Part shown: piece by piece, positions 41,448 to 49,385 of the stretch
Layout of the letters: each line of letters begins with the position of its first letter
How positions within the stretch are numbered: position 1 is the stretch's first letter
DNA from: Gaiellaceae bacterium
GTDB lineage: Bacteria > Actinomycetota > Thermoleophilia > Gaiellales > Gaiellaceae
Direction of reading: 5' to 3'
Length of the DNA stretch: 64,000 nucleotides
Assembly: GCA_049644305.1 (NCBI GenBank)
Contig: JBARRQ010000111.1
Coordinates: 4,712 to 68,711 of the forward strand
The notes under the pieces: generated by a model
Seen by the model: only the letters and a program-made list of their open reading frames with translations
Told to the model about the DNA's origin: nothing
The model's database searches: none
Made by a program: the position numbers and the translations under genes

Positions 41448-42011
41448 ATGGCCCGCCGTCCGCGCGTTCTCGTTGCAGGCATCTACCACCTCGCCGCCCA
41501 TGGGAGCGACACTCGCCGTCTCTTCCTGAGCGACGACGACCGTGAAGACTTCCTTGACCGACTCGCCCTGACGTGCGAGCGCTTCGAGCTTTCGCTCATC
41601 GCCTACGTCCTGCTGGGGAACCACTACCACGCCCTGTTGCGAATCCCCGACGGGCGACTCTCAGAAGCCCTCCAGCGGCTCCATACCGAGTACTCGCGCT
41701 GGCACAACCGCCGCCACCGGCGTAGCGCCCACCTCTTCCGTGCGCATCCGTCGACGCGCGAGATCGCAAGCGACGAACAGCTGGTCGCCGCCTCCCGCTA
41801 CCTCGCCCTCAACCCGGTCGAGGCAGGACTCGCCGGCGATCCGCTCGAGTGGCCCTGGAGCAGTGCGGGCGCGCACGCTGGTCTCGAGCAACCGCGCATT
41901 CCGCTTGCCGAGAATGACCTGCAAGGCGCCTACGGCGGCGCAGCTGACTGGCGCGACAACTACCGCGCGCAGCTCCAGAGGGAGGACGCAGCGTCGGGGC
42001 CTACGTGGTGA
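41448..42011 (+). CDS. IS200/IS605-family Y1 (HUH) transposase-like protein (RayT / Y1_Tnp-like)
   Basis: MARRPRVLVAGIYHL…, the HUH motif in LLGNHYHALL, and a catalytic-Tyr helix AASRYLALNPVEAGL. Start trimmed from 41346. Confidence 0.8.
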   Translation: MARRPRVLVAGIYHLAAHGSDTRRLFLSDDDREDFLDRLALTCERFELSLIAYVLLGNHYHALLRIPDGRLSEALQRLHTEYSRWHNRRHRRSAHLFRAHPSTREIASDEQLVAASRYLALNPVEAGLAGDPLEWPWSSAGAHAGLEQPRIPLAENDLQGAYGGAADWRDNYRAQLQREDAASGPTW

Positions 42012-43794
42012 CGCGGGCGAGCTCTTCGATCGAGGTGAGCCCGGAGGCGACCTTCGCGAGCCCGTCGTCCCAGAGCGTCCTCATGCCCTCCTCGATCGCC
42101 GCGCGGTCGAGCTCCTCGCGGCTCGCCTTGGTCGCGGCCAGGCTCTCGAGGTTCTCGCTCATGGCGAGGAGCTGGAAGATGCCGACTCGACCCTTGTAGC
42201 CGGTCTGGCCGCAGCGAGGACAGCCCTTCTTCCGGTAGAAGACGACGCCGTCCGCCGCTGCCGCCACCTCCGGCGAGACGCGGGCCTTGATCAGATCCTC
42301 GACCGTCGGCGAGAACATCTCGCAGCAGTGCGTACAGAGCTTCCGAGCGAGCCGCTGGGCGAGCACAGCCGAGACCGCCGAACCGGTCAGGAACGGCTCT
42401 ACCCCCATCTCGTTCAGGCGCGAGATCGCGCCCGGAGCGTCGTTGGTGTGCATCGTCGAAAGGACGAGGTGGCCTGTGAGCGCAGCCTCGATCGAGATCT
42501 TGGCCGTCTCGCTGTCGCGGATCTCGCCGACCATCACGACGTCGGGATCCGAGCGCAGAATCGACCGCAGCGCCGCGGCGAACGTGAGCCCTGCGCGCGG
42601 GTTGATCTGCACCTGATTGACGCCGGCAAGCCGGAACTCGACTGGGTCCTCGACGGTGATGATGTTGATCTCCGGATTGTTGATCTCCGTCAGCGCGGCG
42701 TAGAGCGTCGTCGACTTACCCGAGCCCGTCGGCCCGGTGGCGAGGATCGCCCCAGTCGGGCGGCGGATGATCTCCTCCAGCTTCGTCCGCATGTCCTGGG
42801 CGAGGCCGAGATCGGTCAGGGTCGGCGCCTTCTTCGACTTGTCGAGTAGCCGCATGACGATCGACTCGCCCTCGACCGTCGGCAGCGTGGCCACGCGGAC
42901 GTCGAGCATCCGGCCCGCCGCGGCCGCGTTCAGAGAGATGCGGCCGTCCTGCGGCTTTCGCCGTTCGGCGATGTCGAGCTTCGCGAGCACCTTCAGGCGT
43001 GTGGTGACGCCGTTCATCATCCGCTTCGGGATCCGCTGCACCTCGTGCAAGACGCCGTCGATCCGGAGGCGCACCGCGAGCGCGTCTTCTTGCGGCTCGA
43101 AATGGATATCGCTCGCCCCGTCCTCGGCCGCCTGGAAGATGATCGAGTTGACCAGCCGCACGAGCGGCGCGTCCGAGATGCCGTCGTCGACTTCGAGGTC
43201 GTCGATCTCCTCCTCGGTCTCGGCTTCCCCCACTCCTTCCTCGTCGATGACAGCGCGGGCCCCGAACGCCTCGGACGCCCGGACGAGTCGGCGAATCTCG
43301 GTGTTGATGTCCTCGCGGGCCGCAACAGCGAGCTCGAGCTGGTACTTGGTTGCGAGCCGCAGCTCGTCGATCGCCTGGACGTTGCCGGGATCCGCCACGG
43401 CGATGCGGAGGACATTGCCCTCTAGCGCGTACGGGACGGCGACGACGCGCTCGAGCACGTGGAGCGGCAGCTCTTTGGCCGCCGCGGCCTGAACGCTGAC
43501 GACGGGCAGGTCGACGAACGGCAGATGGAAGCGGCTCGCCAGGGTGCGCGCAATGCCCTCGGACGAGGCGACTCCTTCGTCGAGCACGGCCTGCGCGAAC
43601 GCGGTTCCCTGCTTCGTGCGGCCGCGGACGAGTGCAAGCTTGTCGGCGGGGACGAGGCCCGTCGTCTCGATCAGGTCGGCGACGAGCTCGGCCAGCTCGT
43701 TGACGGGGAACGAGCCGAGGTCCGCGCCGCCCGCGGCGGCGTCGGTGCCGGCAGGGCCGGATGTCCTGAGTTTTCCGGGCCGCTTGAGATCCAT
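42001..43794 (-). CDS. pilB: Type IV pilus assembly (extension) ATPase PilB
   Basis: T2SSE N-terminal domain, GPTGSGKST, VMVGEIRD, GHLVLSTMHTNDA, and a tetra-Cys motif CTHCC…CPRCG. 597 aa. Confidence 0.95.
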   Translation of the reverse strand: MDLKRPGKLRTSGPAGTDAAAGGADLGSFPVNELAELVADLIETTGLVPADKLALVRGRTKQGTAFAQAVLDEGVASSEGIARTLASRFHLPFVDLPVVSVQAAAAKELPLHVLERVVAVPYALEGNVLRIAVADPGNVQAIDELRLATKYQLELAVAAREDINTEIRRLVRASEAFGARAVIDEEGVGEAETEEEIDDLEVDDGISDAPLVRLVNSIIFQAAEDGASDIHFEPQEDALAVRLRIDGVLHEVQRIPKRMMNGVTTRLKVLAKLDIAERRKPQDGRISLNAAAAGRMLDVRVATLPTVEGESIVMRLLDKSKKAPTLTDLGLAQDMRTKLEEIIRRPTGAILATGPTGSGKSTTLYAALTEINNPEINIITVEDPVEFRLAGVNQVQINPRAGLTFAAALRSILRSDPDVVMVGEIRDSETAKISIEAALTGHLVLSTMHTNDAPGAISRLNEMGVEPFLTGSAVSAVLAQRLARKLCTHCCEMFSPTVEDLIKARVSPEVAAAADGVVFYRKKGCPRCGQTGYKGRVGIFQLLAMSENLESLAATKASREELDRAAIEEGMRTLWDDGLAKVASGLTSIEELARVTT

Positions 43795-43854
43795 GGAATC
43801 CCTCGAACGAGGTATCGGCAGAACCGGCCTGAAAGCTGAGTGGCCTGCGGGTGA

Positions 43855-44607
43855 CTAGTGGTTAAACAGGCCCAGGTAGGCGTGGAACAGCGAATGACCC
43901 GCGAAGAGCGCCGCGACGGCTCCGAGAGCCAGGAACGGGGCGAAAGGGATGCCCATCTTCCGCGCCGCCGAGCCGTGGCGGGCAACGAGGACGAGACTCG
44001 GGACGAGCGCCGCGAGCATGCCGAGCATCAGGCCGACCGCGACCAGTCGCCCGAGCATCGCACCGAGAAGCAGCGCGAGCTTCACGTCGCCCATTCCCAT
44101 GCCGGCCGGGTAGGCCAGCGCGGCGGCGAGGAGAAAGCCGGAGGCGCCGAGCGCGCCGAGAGCCCACTCCGGGCTCGGGTGCAGGGCCGTCTGAGCTGCG
44201 AGGACAAGTGCAGCGGCCGGGAGGACGATCCGGTTCGGGACGATCCTGTGTGTCAGGTCCGTCGCGGTGACCGCGACCAGGACGGCACAGAAGAACGCGC
44301 TCACGACGGCCTTCCCCGAGAGGCCGAATGCCACGAAGCAGCCCGCGACGAGCACAGCGGTCGCGAGCTCGACGGCCGGGTACAGCGGGCTGATTCCCGC
44401 TCCGCACGAGCGACAGCGCCCGCGGAGAACGAGGTACGAGAACACGGGGAGGTTGTCGTACCACGCCAGTTCCGCGCTGCAGCTCATGCAGGCCGAGCGT
44501 GGCCTGACCACCGACCGACGCAGCGGCACGCGCGCCGCGACGACGTTCACGAAGCTGCCGAGGGCGAGGGCCGGCCAGAACGCGAGCACACCGAGAGCGA
44601 CGTCCAC
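43855..44607 (-). CDS. pilD: Prepilin peptidase / N-methyltransferase PilD (A24 family)
   Basis: N-terminal CMSC…CRSCG, and catalytic Asp motifs …TATDLTHRIVPN… and …GMGMGDVKL…. Confidence 0.93.
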   Translation of the reverse strand: MDVALGVLAFWPALALGSFVNVVAARVPLRRSVVRPRSACMSCSAELAWYDNLPVFSYLVLRGRCRSCGAGISPLYPAVELATAVLVAGCFVAFGLSGKAVVSAFFCAVLVAVTATDLTHRIVPNRIVLPAAALVLAAQTALHPSPEWALGALGASGFLLAAALAYPAGMGMGDVKLALLLGAMLGRLVAVGLMLGMLAALVPSLVLVARHGSAARKMGIPFAPFLALGAVAALFAGHSLFHAYLGLFNH

Positions 44608-44681
44608 CGGCCTCCTATCGGCACCGCAAGGCGGCTAGTTAAGTTACTAGCCGGAGCGAGGGAACTTAGACAGCGAGGGGT

Positions 44682-46415
44682 CTAGCCGCTGAACATCTGC
44701 GGCGGGTTCGGCTGCGCGTAGACCTCGGGGTTGCCCGGCTGGCCTACAGGCACGGTCGTGATGTTCGGGAACGCGTTCGTGACCACGTTGTTCGAGAGCA
44801 GGATCTGGCTGCCCATGATCGGGCCGTCGGAGCTCGCGTTGTTGCCGTAGTCGACGTTCCCGGTCCCGAAGAGGCCGCCCTGGAAATACTGGTTGTTGAT
44901 CAGCTGAATGCTGTCGCCGGCGGCGACCTGGCCGCCGGTGCCGTTGGCCACGATCGTCAGCAACTCCGTGTTCGGGTTCCAGTTCGAGAACACGCAGCTG
45001 CTGCCGGTCGGCACGCCGCAGAGGCTGCCGTTGAAGAGCATCGTCCCGGAGAGGTACAGCGTCGCCTGGCCGTTGTAGTTCGCGTTCTGTGAGACCTTCG
45101 CGCTGCCGTCGATGAAAATCGTTCCCTTCACGGTCAGAGTCTTGGACGTCGCATTCCAGGAGATCTCGCCGCTCGTGTTCGAGTCGTCCCAATAGACGGA
45201 CGCGCCCGCGGCATGGGTGGCTGCCGTCGTCCCGTTCACGCCCCGAGTGACGGTCCAGGTGGTCGTCCCCTGGCCGGCGGTGACGGTCATGTCCTCGTCA
45301 TCGACCCTGATGCGGTAGTTCCCGCTGGTCGGAAAGCCTGAGGCCGACGGGACGGTAATCGTCGTCTGGCTCGCCGTCATCGCGCTCGAGACGGTCGTGC
45401 TCGCCCCAGGCCCGACGCGGCAGATGTACGAGCTCGAAGGTGTCAGGTCGAAAGAGGTCGAGACGCTGTTGTCGCGGTTCGGGTAGTTGTTGTCGAACGT
45501 CGGCGTCGTGCCGCTTGACGTCGTGCACGACTGGGCCGGCCCGGGGATCGCGTTCTGATACCAGGTGGCGAAGTCGGCCGCGGGCGCGGCGATCACCGGC
45601 GCCGTGTGGTTGACGCCGATTGTCGAGCCGTCAGAGAGCTTGCTGAAGATGTTGTACGCGTCCTGGTTTCCCGTGCACGTATGCCAGGCGCTGCTGACCT
45701 TCTGGTAGCGACAGTTGTTACCGACATACGTCTCGACGCGGGTGCTCATGTTCGTGTTCGCCCCGACGTAGGCGTTGTTCGCGAGGTCGAGGTTGCCGTT
45801 GACGATCAGCTTCGTCGATGTGATCCCTACGTTGTTCGACAGGCAGAGGTTGCCGGCGATGTACATCCAGGAGCCGCCGCTGACGTTGTTCGAGAGGGTC
45901 TCGTCGCAGGGGTTTCCCGTACGAGTCGCGTAGATGTAGTTCCAGGCTGGGTTGTTCAGCGGCTGCGTGTAGGTCGGAACGACCGTCACCTTCGCGGTCA
46001 GCGTCTTGGAGAGGTAGCCCGAGTTCCCCTTGCTCGCATTTCGGTAGTAGCCCGTCGAGGTCACGGTCCAGATCGCGGCCGAGCGGTCAAGCGTGCCGCC
46101 CCAGACCACGTAGCCGTCGCCGTACGGCGCCGAGCACGTGGAGCCCAGGTTCGTGGAGCAGCTCGTCCTGTTGGGGAGGATGGTGGGATCGAGCGAGTTG
46201 TTCGTCGGCAGGTTCAGGACCGCCATCGAGTTGTTGATGCCGGCCTCCGCCAGAGAGAACGCGTCCTGCTTCGAGCTTGTCTGCGTGGACTCGGTGGAGT
46301 TCGAGGTCGAGTAGACGACCGCGGTCGTGCCCGCGATTGCCAGGACCGTCGTGATCCCAATCGCCATCACGAGCGCCATACCGCGCTCACCCCGCAGGCG
46401 GAGCCACCACCGCAT
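44682..46415 (-). CDS. Large PilX_N-type pilus-associated protein (577 aa), Asn/Ser/Thr/Gly-rich; candidate tip adhesin
   Basis: N-terminus MRWWLRLRGERGMALVMAIGITTVLAIAGTTAVVYS, a PilX/TadG-like hydrophobic N-terminal segment without Glu5. The rest is beta-rich and repetitive (NNxxG/NG motifs). Start trimmed from 46508. Confidence 0.7.
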   Translation of the reverse strand: MRWWLRLRGERGMALVMAIGITTVLAIAGTTAVVYSTSNSTESTQTSSKQDAFSLAEAGINNSMAVLNLPTNNSLDPTILPNRTSCSTNLGSTCSAPYGDGYVVWGGTLDRSAAIWTVTSTGYYRNASKGNSGYLSKTLTAKVTVVPTYTQPLNNPAWNYIYATRTGNPCDETLSNNVSGGSWMYIAGNLCLSNNVGITSTKLIVNGNLDLANNAYVGANTNMSTRVETYVGNNCRYQKVSSAWHTCTGNQDAYNIFSKLSDGSTIGVNHTAPVIAAPAADFATWYQNAIPGPAQSCTTSSGTTPTFDNNYPNRDNSVSTSFDLTPSSSYICRVGPGASTTVSSAMTASQTTITVPSASGFPTSGNYRIRVDDEDMTVTAGQGTTTWTVTRGVNGTTAATHAAGASVYWDDSNTSGEISWNATSKTLTVKGTIFIDGSAKVSQNANYNGQATLYLSGTMLFNGSLCGVPTGSSCVFSNWNPNTELLTIVANGTGGQVAAGDSIQLINNQYFQGGLFGTGNVDYGNNASSDGPIMGSQILLSNNVVTNAFPNITTVPVGQPGNPEVYAQPNPPQMFSG

Positions 46416-46467
46416 GGTTAGAGGATCGGCAAGCCTGGTACCCGCGGCGTCCCTCGAATGGTTATTT

Positions 46468-47043
46468 CTAGGAACGCGAGCTGTTGCGGAGGACGATGTC
46501 GTCCACAAGCTCGTACAGCTCGACCGTCTTCGAGGGCTTGATGTTGATCGGAAAGTCGACGTGCAGCTTCGCCAGCGAAGACGGGGACTGTGCGGTGTAG
46601 GTGAAGATGCAGAGAGCGACGCTGCAAGCCGGCGCGGTCGAGGTCGGGGCGAGGTAGTCCGCCCACTTGACGCCTCCGGTGCACGAGGAGCCCAAGATCC
46701 GATAGAGCGCGTACCGGTTAGTCGCGACGTTGCGCGTGCACCAAGTCACGGAGCCGCTTCCCGTCTTGCAATAGGAGGGAAGCGTCAGGGTCACGGACGA
46801 CGAGGAACCCGCGGGCGTGGCGATGCTTCCACAGTGGACCTCGCGCCGCATCTTGTCGAGCGCGAGCCTTGCCGTCTGCTGCGCCTGGAAGCGGTTGTTC
46901 ATGTCCATCTCGGCGTTCGAGGCCTGGACGAAGACGGTCGTGAGACCGCTCATGACGATGCCCATGATCACGAGCACGATCAGCATCTCCACGAGCGAGT
47001 AGCCTCGCTCGCCGCGCACTCGCCGGAGCATGCGACGGGTCAT
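46468..47043 (-). CDS. Prepilin-type minor pilin (PilW-like)
   Basis: MTRRMLRRVRGERG/YSLVEMLIVLVIMGIVMSGL class III signal. ATG in an ATGA overlap with the upstream stop. Confidence 0.8.
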   Translation of the reverse strand: MTRRMLRRVRGERGYSLVEMLIVLVIMGIVMSGLTTVFVQASNAEMDMNNRFQAQQTARLALDKMRREVHCGSIATPAGSSSSVTLTLPSYCKTGSGSVTWCTRNVATNRYALYRILGSSCTGGVKWADYLAPTSTAPACSVALCIFTYTAQSPSSLAKLHVDFPINIKPSKTVELYELVDDIVLRNSSRS

Positions 47044-47930
47044 CGGCTCAGGCGGCGTACACGTGCGAGAGCAGCCCTGGCGACAACCTCGCTGCGTTGG
47101 CCGACGCCCCAGATCCGCTCGACGCTGCGATCGACGGCGATCAGCCTCTCGAGTGCCTGAGCACCGTGCCACCAGCCGAAGTTCGCGCCGGTCACGATCC
47201 AGGCGTGCTGGTAGAACCAGCGCTGGACGTTGGCGTTGGTCGGCCTAGGCCTCGTTGCGATCCAGGCGGCGAGGCGGTCGGCTCGTGCGGGCAGTGTGAT
47301 CTCGTCCAGCGGCTCCTTGGGGACACCCGGGGCGCGGAAGGCAGGCGGGCGCTTGGCCGGCACGCCTTGCTTCTTTACGGGCTTGCGGACCGCCGGCTTC
47401 TTTGCAGGCTTGTGGGCGGCAGGCTTCGTCGCCGGCTTATGGGCGGCAGGCTTCTTGGCGTGCCGCTTGATCGCCGGCTTGACGCGCGGAGCATGCGGAA
47501 CGCTCGGGGTCGTCAGGCCCGCGAGCTCGACACGCGTCCCGCGGTAGCTCGACGTGTCCTGAGGCGCCCCCTGCTGGGCGTACCGGCCGCGAACGAGCCG
47601 GAGCGCGATCGTCGGCGCTCCTGTGTCGACCACGTGCGTTCCGGCGGCGGGAGACTGGGCTAGGACGCGGTTCCCGGCGAAGCCGTGCACGGGGCCCTCA
47701 ACGCGCCAGGCGAAGCCAGCGTCCTCGAGCATGCCCTTGGCGAAGACGAAAGCCTGGCCCGTCACTGAGGGAACCGCCAGCTCGGGCGGCTGAGCAGGCG
47801 CCCTGGTCGAAGCGCGCGAGGGCCCGAGGATCTGAGTGTCGGCAGCGAACGTGAAAGCCGCCGTCGCCAGCACCCAAACCAGACCGACGAGAACCGCACG
47901 TGGCAGGAGCGTGCCAAGCCGCATGGTCAC
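47040..47930 (-). CDS. Secreted/anchored PASTA-domain protein with a basic KP-rich repeat region
   Basis: Signal/anchor MTMRLGTLLPRAVLVGLVWVLATAAF. A PASTA-like unit, VPSVTGQAFVFAKGMLEDAGFAWRVEG…IALRLVRG, lies at ~47592-47774. The KKPAAHKPATKPAAHKPAKKPAVRKP repeats lie at ~47343-47483. Confidence 0.7.
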   Translation of the reverse strand: MTMRLGTLLPRAVLVGLVWVLATAAFTFAADTQILGPSRASTRAPAQPPELAVPSVTGQAFVFAKGMLEDAGFAWRVEGPVHGFAGNRVLAQSPAAGTHVVDTGAPTIALRLVRGRYAQQGAPQDTSSYRGTRVELAGLTTPSVPHAPRVKPAIKRHAKKPAAHKPATKPAAHKPAKKPAVRKPVKKQGVPAKRPPAFRAPGVPKEPLDEITLPARADRLAAWIATRPRPTNANVQRWFYQHAWIVTGANFGWWHGAQALERLIAVDRSVERIWGVGQRSEVVARAALARVRRLSR

Positions 47931-47963
47931 CCTTCGGCACCGTTCCGAGGGCTTGTCATCCCC

Positions 47964-49385
47964 CTACCGGGTGAATAGGACGACCGAGTCACCGGTGGAA
48001 ACTCGTTGTGTGGGCACGACTTCGAAAACCGGGCTGCTCTGGGCGGGATAGACGGCGTAGCCGCGCGGCGCAGCGTCTTGCCAGCGGAAGGCAACGTCCG
48101 CGAAGCGCTGGAACCACGGCAGGCTCTGCGGGTACACCGTTTGCGGGTTGAGCTGGAGGTGCAGGTGCGGGCCGGTGGCGTCGCCGGTCATGCCGACTAG
48201 TCCGATCTGCTGCCCGGCCGCGAGCGAGACGCCGGCCTGAACGCCTGGGTCGAGGACGGACAGGTGGCAGTAGGTCCAGGACTTGCCGTCGCTCGTTTGG
48301 AGCGTGAGGCCGATGCCGCAGCGGGGATCCGGGGTGTTCCACGCACGCTGGACGACAGCGTCCGAAAGCGCGTAGACGGGCGAGCCCATCGGCGCCGCGA
48401 TGTCTGCCGCGGGGTAGTCGTGGTGATGGTGCGAGACCGAGACGACAGAAGGGCCGCCGCCGACCGGGAAGACGTAGTTTCCGTCGTAGGCTGGCGCGCC
48501 CATCATCGTCGCTGCGGCCGGCGCAAAGGACGAGGAGAGCGACTGGTTGGCCGCCGACGTAAGTGTGGTTTGCGCGTGCTCGAGCGCGGTGCGAAGAGCT
48601 GCCACCCGCGCCTGTGCTGCGGCGCGCGCGACGCCCGCATATGCGGCCTTGCGCTCGAGCTCGAAGCGGTCCGAGAGAACTGTCGTCATGGCAAGGCGCG
48701 TCTTGACGGCGCGCTCGCGCAGCCAGAGCACTCGCACCTTGCGCTCCGCCTTGACGACCCTTGTGTTCGCATCGGCGACGTTCGCGCGTGCCGTATCGAG
48801 TGAGATCTGGAGCCGGTCGAGGCCGAAGGTGGCCTGGGCGCCGCCGGAGCCGAAGAGCTGCGCAAGCTGCAGCACCTCGTTCACGTACCACTGGGCGTGG
48901 TTGTAGGAGTAGATCGCCGCGGAGATGTCCGTCTGGCCGCCCGAGGCGGCCAGGTAGCGCGCGGCCGACGTGATCGCGTCCGCGGCGTTCCAGGGGTCGG
49001 CGACCCCGTCCCCGTTCGCGTCGACGCCCCAGCGCGCCCACGTGGAGGGCATGAACTGCATCCAGCCGATCGCGCCGGCGGAGCTCGGTCCCATGTTTCG
49101 CCCGAAGTTCGACTCGACCTTGTTGATCGCGGCCAGCACCTGCCAGGGGATCCCGTAAGTCGTCCCGGCGCTCTGCCAGAGGGCTTGCAGTTGCCCGTAG
49201 CTCAGCCTCTCAGGGACGAGAGGCGGCGAGCTTGGATAAGCCGCCGTGCCGGGAGCGTTGGGGGCGAGCGCGCTCGGAAGACCCGTCGCAAAGGTCGGCG
49301 CGCTCGGGACGATCCGGAACGTATCGGCGGCCGCAGAACCGGCCAGCACGAGCGCCAGCGAGATTGCCGCAGCGAGCCGCTTCAT
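47964..49385 (-). CDS. Secreted bifunctional peptidoglycan hydrolase: lytic transglycosylase (SLT) domain, coiled coil, M23 (LytM) endopeptidase domain
   Basis: Signal peptide MKRLAAAISLALVLAGSAAA. SLT motifs …INKVESNFG…GAIGWMQFMPSTW… M23 motifs HHHHDYPAADIAAP (HxxxD) and GPHLHLQL (HxH). Confidence 0.88.
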   Translation of the reverse strand: MKRLAAAISLALVLAGSAAADTFRIVPSAPTFATGLPSALAPNAPGTAAYPSSPPLVPERLSYGQLQALWQSAGTTYGIPWQVLAAINKVESNFGRNMGPSSAGAIGWMQFMPSTWARWGVDANGDGVADPWNAADAITSAARYLAASGGQTDISAAIYSYNHAQWYVNEVLQLAQLFGSGGAQATFGLDRLQISLDTARANVADANTRVVKAERKVRVLWLRERAVKTRLAMTTVLSDRFELERKAAYAGVARAAAQARVAALRTALEHAQTTLTSAANQSLSSSFAPAAATMMGAPAYDGNYVFPVGGGPSVVSVSHHHHDYPAADIAAPMGSPVYALSDAVVQRAWNTPDPRCGIGLTLQTSDGKSWTYCHLSVLDPGVQAGVSLAAGQQIGLVGMTGDATGPHLHLQLNPQTVYPQSLPWFQRFADVAFRWQDAAPRGYAVYPAQSSPVFEVVPTQRVSTGDSVVLFTR

